Source: Bispira polyomma (taxonomy: Eukaryota). From it: a stretch of 64,000 bases of DNA. This document shows, piece by piece, positions 10,919 through 24,168 of this stretch. Location: positions 20,026,001 through 20,090,000 of the forward strand of contig OZ287751.1 in NCBI GenBank assembly GCA_965649765.1. Direction: 5' to 3'. The position numbers and the translations under genes were made by a program. The notes under the pieces were generated by a model. The model saw nothing but the letters and a program-made list of their open reading frames with translations. It was not told the origin of the DNA and did no database searches. Every line of letters starts with the position of its first letter. The first letter of the stretch is position 1.

Positions 10919-12989
10919 ATTTATATATAGTAGGGGTAGATGCGCAATCTTATGATTTGACCTCAGTTTTACCTTTGATATATGTCTTTGACTGTAAGAA
11001 ATTTCTATTTCAGTCTAAAAGTGTTTTTTTTTTGTATGTTAAATTCATTAGGACATACAGATTTACAAATTAAGGTAAATTTCATCTCATTTTGACCTTT
11101 CAATTTTGGATTGTTAATCTATCACTTAAAAACCAAAAAGATGAGGTAAAATAGGTTTACTGTAGACAACTATAGAAATATTATCCAAAAAGTAATTACT
11201 TCTGGCAACATTACTATAAGTTGTGTATATAGGTGAAGAAATTTAAAGATAATATGGCAACTTTTACTGTGAAATTAAACTGACATTGAACTTGACATTG
11301 CACAGTATATTCTCCATCATCCAAACATGGGGTGAAAGTTTGATTTTGTTTGGATAATAGGAGTTTCTTAATTACCTTAATTTGTACTAAATGTGTACTT
11401 AGAATGAGACCTGTAATGTTACATGTATTGGCCAGCATGTTCAACCCACTATATGTTGTACATTTAAAAGAATGAGACTTAACGCATGGCATGTGTGCGA
11501 TAAATACTTTGGTATTGTTGTCGTGTTACTTGATATGTTTTACAGTATTATGATACACATATATGGTATATTATATATGCTAATTATGGAAAGATAGTAT
11601 TACGGCTTGACAAAATACTTGTAAATTAAGGTGATGTTAAGAAATGATCTATTTAAACAATATGTGAACAATAGATATTTTTGGAAATGACATTACAACG
11701 TAATTAGATAATGTGAGATTGATTTACTGAAGTTATGTGGGTGAGTCTTCTGTCAGCATTCAATAAAGCTTAAACAGTATTATGTTAGTTAAGTGCACAA
11801 GTGTCATATTTTGTTCAACCAGAAAAAAACAATTTATGATTTAAAGTTGATTATGCAATATTTGATTATATACATGTTTTGGTTTTTACAGCATGTGTTC
11901 ACAAAACATATGTTCACAAAGTTTGAATAAAAAAAAAAAAATTTTTTTTGCTCTTAATTATTATAAAATAGACGTTTACAATATGCGAGAGAATATATAT
12001 ATATTTTTAGTTTTAGCATGGGTTTAACGTCGCTTTTAACACGTCCTGTGTCATATCGTGATAGACGGTTCACTGGTGGAGGAAATCAGAACAGGGCAGT
12101 TGGTCAAGTTTTTACTGTGCAAACCACTGGCCTTTAGTTAGTAGATGTTTCCATGCAGGCAATTTTTTAAGGCAATCAGCCAACGGCAATTATTATCCGT
12201 TTCATTGATTTATAAGTATCTGTTCCCATTGGAGCAACGCCGACAGGTGGCGGGCAATTTTTTTGCTCCTGGTAGCCAAAAAATCGTGTAGCATCACATT
12301 GCCTTTATTAATCAGCAACACACATTTCCTTCTTAAATCACCCGTAAAATTGCTTGCATGTAAACTTAAAAATTGTTGATTGCCGTCGACCATCGGCTGA
12401 TTGCCGTCACCCATTGCCAGCATAGATACATAGACTAAGTCGACGCCCAAATTTCCTACTTTTAAAGGTTCACCCTATTTTTGGCCCATTAAGCAAATAA
12501 TTAACCCTTGTGGTTTCAATTACTTTTCAGACTATTTTTTATAATTAAGTTGTCAAATAAACCGATACTGGATCACGTGAATAAGTCCAACATTGGGGAA
12601 GTATCTGTTTGTGTACAGACTATAATTAAACCTCTATTTAAGACCACAAACGTGTTATGGGCCGCAAATATGAGGAAGTAAAAAAATACAAGGATTAACC
12701 ATAAATGCGAGAGCTAAGAATTGACCCACGACTGCAGAGGTGGGAGGCAAGTGTGTTACCACTACACCACTAATTCCTCTCAGAGTACCAACAGAACTTT
12801 TCAGTTAATTATTGTCAAATATTTGTGAAGGACAGCGAGAATATGATATTGGAGCTTTTTATATATAATCTGTTAAGGAATGAAACTATGGCATTCAATA
12901 TCAGAATAAAAGTTTAAGCCTGTCAATGTTACCAACTGAAAAGCTATCTTCAGCTGCTCTTTGTAACAGGTTATAAATCTTGTTTACAG

Positions 12990-13190
12990 ATCGCAGACTG
13001 CAGTAAACCAAAAAAAGAAATCAAAGAAATTGTGAGGAAGTTATATTCCTGCGCAAAATGTGCAGACATAGTACTGGAACAATTAGCAGAAAAAGTTAAG
13101 AATGGATATGATGGAAATTGGGACCGGTTAAATTTGGAGTACCTCAAGCCTGCAGAAATTGTTCTGATGCAGTTGAGAATATCTGTACAG
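12990..13190 (+). CDS. PLEKHG4: ARHGEF40/PLEKHG4B-family RhoGEF, coding exon (N-terminal conserved domain, first half)
   Basis: tttacag|ATC...CAG|gttagt, 201 nt, phase 0/0. IVRKLYSCAKCADIVLEQLAEKVKNGYDG...LEYLKPAEIVLMQL resembles the ARHGEF40 N-terminus ([47 protein letters not shown]). The symbol is family-level only. Confidence 0.82.
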
Positions 13191-13503
13191 GTTAGTGCCC
13201 CCTTTTATTTAATATAATAAATTATGTATATTCAATTTTCAATTATATCAATCTCAGTCTCCCAAATTTATATTTTCCTATTGTTTCTACATTAAAATAA
13301 CTTTTCAATTTTATGAACCTTTACTTTTTGAAAGACGGGATCACTTTCTCCAATAAAAGGTTATTCCACCCATGTACCTGGTAGGCTATTTGTTTGAATT
13401 GCAAAAAGACTTGCTATATATATTTTTAAGTTTGTCCAATTGCTCATCTGGGCCTATAATTGGTAGGTACGTATTAGTTACACACTCTCCTCCCACCTCT
13501 GCA

Positions 13504-13734
13504 GGGGGGCCGCGGTGGCCTAGTGGTTAGCAAGCATTGCACTTTACAATCACTGGTCTCTAACCTCTGGGCGGCGTGAGTTCGAATCCCATTGATGCCT
13601 ATGTGGGAAAGGTGGTAGTTCTTTACTGGGGGCCTTGATCAACTGTATGCAGTGTTTCCTCCAGCGTTTCCAAATACCCATTCCAATATAACCTAAACAG
13701 GTACTAGAGTGGACGTTAAATATCCAAATTCAAA
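13504..13734 (+). mobile_element. Full-length tRNA-derived SINE inserted into an older SINE
   Basis: Box A (GGTGGCCTAGTGG), box B (GAGTTCGAATCC) and a family-1-like tail. Flanked by a 12-bp TSD TCCCACCTCTGC at 13491-13502 and 13735-13746. Confidence 0.85.
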
Positions 13735-15416
13735 TCCCACCTCTGCTGTTGTCGTGGGTTCAAATCTCGGGCCTGGTGTGTATGTTGGCTTTTCTGTGCT
13801 GATGTTCACCACCACTTACTACTGCTCATCAGGAAAGCACACAAATGTGTTGAAAGTGACGACACATGCAAACTAATGTAATCTTAAGTCAACTTTTTGA
13901 TTTTGAGTATATTATTGCTGACATGGAAACACTTGGTTTTAAATCAATAAAACTGACAGTAGTGCCATCGGCTGTCGGCTGGTCGCCTCAAAAAATTGTG
14001 TGTATGGAAACACTCACTGTAAGAAAAAATACACAATTAAAATTATATAGCCCAAAAGAATCTGATGTGGCTCTTCTCTGCTGAGTTTGTTGTCTGGCTG
14101 TATCACTACTTGTAAACAACTTGCTAAACTAGGTTGATTTTGCATTGAAAGAGCAAAGCTTGGTAAGAATTTCACATTCTTTCCAGATAATTATTTAGTT
14201 TTAGCTTATTTTTACTCCTTCAAGAACAGTAGGACTTCTGTTATCAAAAATTCTATTATCTGAATATTCAGTTTTATCTAACTCAATTTTAATATCCCAA
14301 ATTGATATTTTTGTTTCTTGTTGTACTCTAAAATACTTACATTTTATGAACCTTCCAAGTTCTCAAGTCTTCCAAAATAGAGGTTCTACCATGTATTTAC
14401 TTAAATAGTATAAAAAAACAGCTCTCAGATAAGACTTCTGCTATATATTTCTAATTTCATCCAATGGCTTATCTGGGCTTCACTACAGCACTGGTAACAC
14501 CCTTGCATCCCACGTACTCTACAGTAGTTGGTTCAAATCTCAACCCTGGCTTGTATGTAGGAAAGTTTGTAGTAGAATTGCTGAAGGCCAGTTAGTTTTG
14601 CAGAGCAGAGAACCTTGACCAACTAGCCTGCGCTAAATACAGGCTCTGACTTCCCTCCACCACTGAACTGCCCATCTTATGATAGGACATAAGACATGTT
14701 AAAAGCGATCTGAAACCAAAACAAAATTAAACTAAATGAATGGTTCATCTGGAGAGCCTCAGCAAGGTTAACTTCTGGACTCCTCACTGTGTTGAACTGT
14801 ACCAGTGCATTTGAACAATTTTCTGCTGAAATTCAACTCTGTGATGCAGTATCATATGGTGCACTGTACAGTGTGGCTTATTATTTGGTTCATCTTCTAT
14901 ATATCCAAGTCTTGTGAATATTATTATACTAGTATACACCTACTGGTTGGTGATCAGTTATGTACTGTGATTGACAGCTGGAAGCCAAGCCCTTTGAGAT
15001 GTATTATATATGATTAGAATATTGTGTTGTTTTGGTCGATATGTTTTGCTTGTGTTTACGTAAATATACAACTCTGCTACTATTATATCTGACTGAAGAG
15101 TATACCGGTATTATTGTAGAACACATCTTCAGCAAGTAATCTTGTGTATATATAACAGTGTGTGAATGACCTTATAGCATAAATATATACATATGAACCT
15201 TTGACTAAACATACACATGGATAAATATCACCATGGAATGGATATGGATGTCTAAAGGAAATACAGTTATCATGCTGCTAATCAAGGTCAGGAAAGCCAT
15301 TAAAACATTGTTCTAGCTGATAAAATATGACAGTGAATATTTACTAAAGTAAAGGCAGCTTATCTATCTGAGTGTGTATACCCTACTTACCAGCATTCTT
15401 GATCCTACAGCACTGG

Positions 15417-15418
15417 AA

Positions 15419-15443
<25 letters not shown>
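15417..15443. repeat. (TA)n microsatellite
   Basis: Direct reading. Confidence 0.9.
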
Positions 15444-15449
<6 letters not shown>

Positions 15450-16327
15450 GAAATGAGGAAATTAGTAGCTTGCAATAGACTCAATTAATATAACAGTGTA
15501 CAGTGTAATATCATTAATGTCAGAAACTTTTTCATGAAGTGCTTGTTGAGGTAAATATGATGGTGGAAAAGAACAATATTTTTTGTGAAAAAAGAAGAAC
15601 CTATTTTGTTGTTGTTGCAAATAGGCAGTTTATCTGATAAAACTTTGCAGAAAAACAAAACGCCCACAAACCATCCTGGAGTGTTGTTATAGATTTGAAA
15701 GATGCACTGCGCTGTGCATGTGTAGTTTGAGGTAATATGATAAAAATGACTAGAAATGTGTACGTGTTATAACATACACGTGTGTGGGAGATGCCTTTTA
15801 GATACCATTTGGAACATAATGAGTCATAAAACTATAATATAGTTGTGTTGTGTTGGCACAAGGAATATATGGAATAATATAGTGTTAAACATGGTAGTAT
15901 TTAATAAGCCAAATGAGTCATACAGAAACTGTACACTATACACACCATGCAGGAACCAGGAACAACTGTATACATATTATAGTGTTCTAATTTAGCCAAT
16001 ATCAAAATATTTTCAAGTTACAGTTTGTGGATATCATGTTGGTGAATATATATCAGTAAATTCATTATATCACCCTCACAACCACAAGTTAACTATGGTA
16101 ACGTGAGAGTCAATGCTCTGTGAAAACTTTTGCATTCAGAAAGAGTGTTTGTTGGATATAGTATACACATGTAGTTCTTTGTTAAACTTGGATAAAATCA
16201 ATAATTTAGAACCCAGACCAATTGCTAGATAGAAACAATGATGGGACGTGGAATGGTAATTGTACACATACTCATTATACATAAAAACCTATATTATCCA
16301 AACATGATGTATTGTATTGGCACCTTA

Positions 16328-16898
16328 TGCCGTGGTCACACTAAGCTTATGCTTTGCTTAAGCACGAAAAATGGCCAACGTAAGGTAAAACGCAGTTAAA
16401 CGTAAGTAAACGTAAGCAAAATGTTGTGTGCGTAAGAAAAAGTAAGCATACGGAGATGAGATGGTCCCTTAATATCCCGTTCACAGCAAACGTATGACAC
16501 GTATTTAATGCGTATTTGACATAAAGGACGTTAGTAAAACAAACTATACCTACAAAAAATATTAAGCACGAGGAGAATGAGAACGAAACAGGTTTACAAT
16601 CGTTAAAAACGATGAAAACGAGACTGAAACGAGTTTAGAAGCGTGGCTAATGTATTTCCAAAAATTTGGCTAACGAGGCTAACGCATTATTAAAACGTGG
16701 CTAATGAGGTAGACATAATTGAAACCGCTATTAAAATGTATTAAATGCGTGTACAAACGTGTACAGATGCATACTGAACGTGTACAAAATGGCCCATTTT
16801 TGCTACGTTTCCTGATTTTCCCACAGTTTTTTCACTTCGTTTTCTCCCGTTTACGAGGGAAAAAAATGTAACGCAACGTACTCAGTGTGACCACGGCA
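16328..16898. mobile_element. PIF/Harbinger-type MITE
   Basis: TIR TGCCGTGGTCACACT...AGTGTGACCACGGCA with TTA TSD on both sides. A second, inverted copy is at 52473-53028. Confidence 0.88.
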
Positions 16899-17859
16899 TT
16901 ATAGATGCAAATCATCTTCTAAAGTGCAACAACAGAATCAGTTAACCAATAGAGAAGTCCAAACTCATAGACAAGGTCATAAGGAAGGATGTGGGGATGT
17001 ACAAAGAGGGAACTAAGGAGGGAGGGGATAGGCAAGTTTGTTCGGAGAGCAGGATTTTGTGTGAATAATAGAAGATTTTACGGGACCCTATACGTACAGC
17101 TCACACATTAAAAAAAGAATGTGTCAGCCAGACAAGAATTTTTAAATAACACGAGTACAGTAGTATTCCGAAAAACTAGAGAATAGACTCAGGTCCCCCC
17201 CCCCAAAAAAAAAAATTTGAGTTTTATGTTGGTGTTTAATTTCATTATAAAGTGGCTTCCATCTTGCGAATGGATTTTTGAATGTTTCATCATTGTGGTT
17301 TATTTTTTAAAAAATTTCTTCCAATTTGTAAACCTATATCTAGACTAGACTCTCATCAGAATACCAGTAACCCTGTTGAATAGTATCATGGGTTACTTAC
17401 AATATGACGAGGGGGGCCGCCATATTGACTAACATTCTTACTCTTAGAATAGGAATTTTTTTAAAATCTAAGAATTTTCTAATCTAAAAAATTTTCTAAT
17501 CTAAGAATTTTTCTAATCTAAGAATATTTTGAGAAGAAAATTGTATTTACAAGTCTACGCTTAGATGAGGCTTTTTCTTAGAATAAGAATTTTCGTACCT
17601 TAGAACTGTATATAGAAAGTAATACCCCTGTTCCACTATCCCACTGTTCCTGATCATAGCTCCTGACTGTTCCAATTATGTGTTAGGGGCCATCATCGAG
17701 TTCCAACAAGTTATTGTTTTGAAAACCTCTGCAAATGGGTGCTAATTGACTGATAAGTCACAGTCACTTGGGGTCAATTGTAACCTTCAAAGGACCTATC
17801 TTTTGCTCCAATGACTTATCTTTTGATGTAAAGACTTGCTGTACGTCTCCACAAGTACT

Positions 17860-18070
17860 CTGGCGATGTACGATCGTACCATTTGCGATAAATTTTTGTG
17901 GTTTTTGTCTCAACAAATGTAATTTGGTATGGGGTTACAAGTCTTTTAATGGATTTAATATTGTTTATAACACCACTTCTGCGCGATTTTTCTGTCTGAT
18001 GCGAAAATTTCTGCTCCAGGAGCAAAAACTTTTATTGCAAATAGTACAGTGGGTTTCTGTGTGTGGAGAC
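17860..18070 (+). repeat. Dispersed repeat (DNA-transposon-like fragment); inverted copy at ~40250-40467
   Basis: Shared sequence GATGTACGATCGTACCATTTGCGAT...ACACCACTTCTG...GAAAATTT found in opposite orientations at the two sites. Confidence 0.8.
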
Positions 18071-18245
18071 AGTTGTATGTAACAGTATGTTCAGTCCATC
18101 CAACGATTTATTTATTTGAATCGGCCACTTCAAGGACCTAAATCGCAGGAAAAACTGATGAAAATTATAAATTTTATCTCAAACAGCCCCTAGAGAGGGC
18201 GGGAGAACTTATTTTATGAGGTTACAACTTATCTTTTAGGCCCTC

Positions 18246-18570
18246 ATTATTATTATTATTTATTATCATAAATTTTTAACACGCTTTATTGATGCTAAGC
18301 ATCTTCTAAAGCACAACAGCAGAATCATTGGTCCAATCATTAAGTCCATGGACATTGCAAAGTCGTAAGGAAGGAAGTGGGAGCGTGCACGAGGGAAGCT
18401 AAGGTGTGGAAGGCAAGATTAAAAAGATAGGTTTTAAGCTTTTTCCTAAAACCGATAAGTGTGTCAACTGATCTGAGGTCGACTGGGAGACTGTTCCATA
18501 ACCATGGAGCTGCAGTGGAGAACGCTCTGAATCCCGCCTTCCTGATTGGTCTGACCAAAGTGACGGGAGA
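18246..18570 (-). pseudogene. 3' end of an L2/CR1 LINE (ORF2 C-terminus, 3'UTR, (ATA)n tail)
   Basis: GFRAFSTAAPWLWNSLPVDLRSVDTLIGFRKKLKTYLF is the canonical L2/CR1 ORF2 C-terminus. A simple-repeat tail is at ~18246-18270. Confidence 0.88.
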
Positions 18571-19329
18571 GTTTTATCTTTTCAATCTTTGCATTCTGTA
18601 AAATATGAATAAACATGATATATAAGTAACCATTTTACAACTAAATTGAATGTATTTGTTGCTACATTTTCAAACATATTTCATGAATGAAGGGCCATGT
18701 GTGATGTAGGGGTACTTTTCAAGAAAAGCCCCTCTTTACTTTACTAACTGGTATTTATTACACATACAGGAGTTCCCACTTAAAAACAATCTGTGCATGT
18801 CTATACTCTAATAAACAATCAATCCATTTTCACATACATATGCTTATTTTTAAAGCATAAAAAAAATTGGGATCATTACATGGGAATATTTGGTTTGTCC
18901 CACAATTGATCTGCAACATCATGGTCTGACCTCATTTGAACCTTGACCTTAAAAATGTAATGCCACATCTCACAGAAAGTTAATGTTTGGTCTATGCATA
19001 TCTAATATGACCCTAAGAATAGAAATAATGTCTTCACCATATACCAGGAAGTGTTTATTAATAGGAAGTTTTACTTTACTCTTGGTAAAAAACTCATTTG
19101 ATAGTTGTTTTCCTTTCACTTTACATGTTCACAGTACAATTAGTTCTCTTCTTGGGTGTGGCTTTTGGACTCTTTTTTTTTTATTCTAAGATATGGAGGA
19201 TATGTTACACATGGCCAAGGAAAGTTAAGACACATATCTTGAATAATGTGAGGTGATAAAGAAGGTAATTTAATATCAGTGTAATGGAGGGATTATTTTA
19301 TGGTGCCTATCTTTGAAATATCAACATGC

Positions 19330-19615
19330 CAGAATTTTCAAACCCACCAAGAAGATTAGGTTCATCTGGGAAAAAAATTTATGCTCCTGAAACATAAATC
19401 AAATCTCAAAAGTATTGGAGATCCAGGATTTCAGGTTATTGTTCCTAAATATTGGAAGAGCCTTCCAGATGAAGTGAGGAATCCAGATTTAAGCATGCAA
19501 GACTTTCAGACCAAACTAAAAATACTTATTTAAAATTGTATTCATATCAGAGCAGCGCATTGTTTAACCATATAGTGATTAGATCTGTGCTTTGTAAGAA
19601 CTAGTTATTATAATT
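19330..19615 (+). pseudogene. Decayed 3' end of an L2/CR1 LINE
   Basis: SIGDPGFQVIVPKYWKSLPDEVRNPDLSMQDFQTKLK..YLF matches the same C-terminal motif, with a frameshift. Confidence 0.7.
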
Positions 19616-20232
19616 ACTCAAATACATTGTTGTTGTGAAATCCTAATCAAATAGAGTTTTATGTCTTGTAAACTAACTAAATTAAACCTGCTCATTGTTG
19701 TGCATTTGTTGTTGATGTAATTGTGGCATTATATGGTCAAGTACACCTTCCCCTCAACCTAAACAATTAATGTAGGTTAGCCTTTGTTTCCATGTAACCA
19801 AACGGCCAATAGGCGATGGCCAGTGATAATGTTATCATTTCAAGGTGTTTCCATATATACCTGCCGCCGTTTTCAGGTAGCCAATACTGACCTATCATCA
19901 GATTGCCATTAGTAGCAACTGAATTGGTCAGTGTCGGCTAGCTGCTTAAAAACACCAGCTATAATGTTTGTAATGTTATCTTATATTATCAATTTTATAT
20001 ATATCTATTAAAATTATTAATAATTATATCAAATCTACAATAACTTATCCCTCTAAACACATTTGTATCGACTCACTTTTCTGCCTTAACATTTGTCTGT
20101 GATTGTCCAGGTTATTTAAAGTTTATACAGTCAAAAAGGAAATGAATGTTATTTTCAACGGATTAATCCACAGTCTATATTATGTGTACGCATGTATATG
20201 TATAAATATGTTAATATTATTATTTTTATCAG

Positions 20233-21103
20233 GGCTCCCAGCAGCAGGCCAGAGATGCCAGTGGTCAGTCCCACAGGCGAAACCAGCAGAAACCCTATCA
20301 ATCAGCCACATTGGATCACAGAACTCCCCCTACAGCTAAACCCAGTGCTGGCAGCAATCATGCTAGCACCACCCTACCCCACCACAGATCATCTAGGATA
20401 GCACAGCCAAGCACTGCCCCAGGAACAACAACCCCACCCTTGCTGCACAATGGAAACTTCCAAAGAAATTATCAACCTCAATTGGGGACACCTGCTGACC
20501 CTCCCCCTGGAGACAAGTCCAGATTGAATGCATTACAGGGTGGACAGCCAATAGAATCCCCTCCAGGGCCAGGAGATGCAGCAGATCATGTCCAGTGTCA
20601 GGATTCGTGGCCCATGTGTGTCAAAGAGAAGGTGATCGTACATATGAATGAGCCATCTAAGGAATCCCTAAGAGCCGGTGACTCTTACTTTTGTGTCAGG
20701 CAGAACGGTCAAGGTCGTGTGGATGTTGTGTTAAGACACATCAACCAGGGTAGTACTGGTGTCAAGGATTATACTCTCGAGCCAGACGGCAACACAAAAC
20801 ATGCAAAGATATTTGATACCCGTACTGGTATGGATCATAATAATAGTAATAGTACCACCACCACAGGATATGCTGTACCTCAGGATTTGCAACAGTGCAA
20901 CAGTGATGAGGAGTTAGTGACGTTGCTGTCTCAGTGTGTTGTAGCCGCAGAATGTGGATTAGAACGAATGACATGGGATCAGGTGAAGCTATCCAGGTTG
21001 AGGTCAGTGAGTGGTGGTGGAGGCAGAAACCGTGGTGGTGATGTAAGAGGTACATTAACTAATCAAATGTCAGGTCAAGGACACCAGCAAGTGAATGTTG
21101 ACG
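20233..21103 (+). CDS. PLEKHG4: ARHGEF40/PLEKHG4B-family RhoGEF, large coding exon (low-complexity insert + second half of the N-terminal domain)
   Basis: tttatcag|GGC...GACG|gtaagt, 871 nt, phase 0/1. DSWPMCVKEKVIVHMNEPSKESLRAGDSYFCV resembles ARHGEF40 [32 protein letters not shown]. Confidence 0.88.
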
Positions 21104-22595
21104 GTAAGTTCTCAAGGTTTACCTTCTCCAAATCAATACTGTGAATTTGACCTGTGATGGCCATGTTTGCAGGCTTTCTGTGTGGGGTAATGTTGGGTAG
21201 AGTAACTATACTATAGTTGGTCTTTGTTGACTTGAGGGTCTTCTTATTTTGATTTTTGCCATTTTTTTTCATTATCAAATGTGTTTTGTATCATTTACAT
21301 TACAAAATAATAATTGAACAGGTTTATATTAAAAACAACTGCTCCGATTTTCCTTAAGAACAGTATTTTTTAATGTGAAAAAGCCAATAAAGAAATGGTT
21401 AAAACCCGCTAATTTACGTAGTAGTCTGTAGTCACTGTTATGACTTCATGTCTTGAAGGATAAGTTTTAAATAAAATTTTTTGGATGTCATGAAACTTTA
21501 ACTAAGCATGATAATAGTCAAATACTGTACCTTAAGATTTCTCAGAAATTTCTTTTGCACAAATATGGATTATATTTTTATAATGACGCCAATAATACTA
21601 GTACAATGTACTTTGATTCATCATTTGGTTTACTGAAAATTTAATGTATCTCATGATGTCCTATAAAGGATCATGTCACATATTTTATTATAGTAATGGT
21701 ATATTATACTCCCAAACATGCCCACGGCTGGTTGCTACAAGATGACAGAGTATAGTTGTATTAATTGTTCCCACCTAGTCAGGCCTAATTTTGACAGGTA
21801 AATCATTACCTTAGGCATTTCTTATTTACCTTATCTTCCTTTGAGTAACCGAATACTGCTGAGATAGATGGTTCATTTGAGTCATACTTGGTAGTTGGGT
21901 ACTGGATTGTATGCTTGATTGATCTGAATACACAGCCAGCTACCTGATGTGAAACAGCTGCAGGAAAGTTTTGTTTTCAGTCTATAACTGCAGTAGCCTT
22001 TCTAAAGGCTATTTTTTTGTGTCTGGGTCAGAGTATTTACAAGACCGAGTTTTCTGTCCTCAACAAAGCTTTGATTTTTACAAAAATAGTACGCATGGCG
22101 AGGGACAGAGCGGTTATCATAAGCAAAACTTGACAAATCTTACACGGCAATTTACTATATACTATACAACGGGAAATTTACAGAAATATTTTCAAAATAC
22201 TGATATTGATGTAAATAAGTTCTTATAGGTTGGCCATAAGTTATAATATTGTGTACCACTATTGGATTAATAAAAAAACAACCACAGACTAAATGGCATG
22301 TGATGATAGTTTTTCTGTTCTAGGTGCAGTGTCAGATTTGTCGACTTTTGCTTATGGTAACCGCTCTGTCCCTCGTTGTGCATACCATTACCATCAGTTA
22401 ATCAAAGCTTAGTTGAAGACAAAAACTCGGTCAAAGTATTTACATGTGTTGGTTGGTACACAGTTTACGATCATGTGACATGGGTTTTGTGTTTATAAAT
22501 ATATTTCAAAAGAGACTGATTTTACTTTTTCGCTGTAATTCATGTGGGTCTGATATTTGTCATGGCTACACAAATTATATATAAGTATGTGATTC

Positions 22596-22860
22596 CCCTG
22601 AAGTCTAGTGGTTAGGGTGTTGGTATGATGATCAGAAGGTCCTGGGTTCTATTCCCGGTACAGACCACTAGTTTTTATCAGGTGGGATAACATACATAGG
22701 CAAGATTTGAACACAGTTTAACTGTTCCATGAGCTTCTATCACTATGTACTATCTTCAGTGGCAGATTAAACATCCTTGGGGACATTGATAAATGATCAT
22801 CTTCAAGTAACTCTGGCCGCTCATAGCCACCAGTTAAGACCGAAAGCTTTTTACCCCAGA
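22596..22860 (+). mobile_element. tRNA-derived SINE, family 2
   Basis: Head GTCTAGTGGTTAGGGTGTTGG...GAAGGTCCTGGGTTC and body ...CAGTGGCAGATTAAA.ATCCTTGG...TTGATAAATG.TCATC. Copies at ~46132-46400, ~51450-51750, ~51972-52040 and ~57290-57400 (-). Confidence 0.75.
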
Positions 22861-23827
22861 AACAATGTAACTAGAACATCTAAAGATTGAGCTCATTGTC
22901 ATCATTAATAATAGGCTAAAAACCTTAAGTCTTCGTAAAGGCTACAGTTCCAGAATAATGGGTCTGCTCAGTTAATTTAAATCCTTGGAGAGAGAGAAGC
23001 ATAAAGAAACACTAGGTCCTTATAGGTCATATCAAAACTTGGCTCATATAATTAATGTCCTTTTGTTGAAGTTATTACAGTTTACCACACATTTAATTTA
23101 TTTTGTTATAAAATTCAACTAATTTTGAGTTTCTGTAACATGTTTGGGCTGTATTTCCAAGTTCCACATACATTGTAGTACATAACTACTTTACGGTGAA
23201 TGTTTCCTATGTGTTGTACTTCTCAACCCGTTTCAATGTTATCTTCTATTTCTTTTGTTTAGGTAATCCCTACTGTTATTTTGCTTCGCTCACAAGCCAA
23301 CGGTATGTCTAAATCATCCTAAATCTTTCAGCTGATTCCTGTAAAAACTCTACTTTAAACCATGGTTCTCTTTATAAAATCTGGAACAGACTTAAAAAAA
23401 TATTTCCACACTTTCTTTATCTATGCAGATAATTTTCATGTTCCGTGGCGGTATTCAAAAAACAGCTACATCAAGGCATTGTTCTAAATCTAGCACAAAA
23501 GTATACCAGATTAATTAACAAAGTCTTGGCCTGGCCCTTTTGTGAATACTGTCTTTTTGGTCGAGCTATTCAGTAGGCAAGATTTTCTTTGGATAATAGA
23601 AGCTTAATAAAGAAGAGGCAGTTTGCCAGGTTGGGATTGTGAAAATGTGTTCATAAAATCAAATATTCAGATAACAGAGCTTTGTATAATGGAGCTTCTA
23701 CTGTACTATTTAAAACTTACCCATGATCATGATCATTCTTAAAATGTTGTTAGTCACAGCCTATCACATTGCTTCAAACATTTTGACCAGGCAATCAAAT
23801 TCCTTGATATAAAAATTTAAGAGTAAT

Positions 23828-24168
23828 GGTCCATTCATATTGCATCGAATGCGGATTTATCAAGGAATTCGGTAGTATACATGAAACCAAATTTGATACA
23901 CTTGCAGTATCCATACTCACCCGAAATATTTGTCCTAATCATGCGCACATGTAAAACTTTTTCTAATAGTTTGGATGGTCTTGTTTATTTCCACATGCTT
24001 TTACTTATCTGCCTCAACAATTCAAGTGGAAATTACAAAAAAGATTCGTGATTTTGATCGCTACTGAATTCTGAATCATTATCCTGATTCATTGCAGTGT
24101 GAATGCTCCTGTTAATTTATACCAACCAATGAATCTGTATATCCGGATTTGTTGCAATGTGAATGGGC
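23828..24168. mobile_element. Harbinger-like MITE; inverted copy at ~37991-38336
   Basis: Ends GGTCCATTCATATTGCA / TGCAATGTGAATGGGC; the internal sequence is shared with 37991-38336 in reverse orientation. Confidence 0.6.

Noticed and set aside
13504-13592. tRNA genes (also ~22600, ~51975, ~54620)
   Set aside because: A/B boxes continue into SINE bodies and tails, and no complete cloverleaf is evident.
17768-18082. Similar short ORFs at 17816-18025 (-) and 40282-40470 (+) as a small gene family
   Set aside because: Similarity is at the DNA level between dispersed repeat copies, with frameshifts between them.
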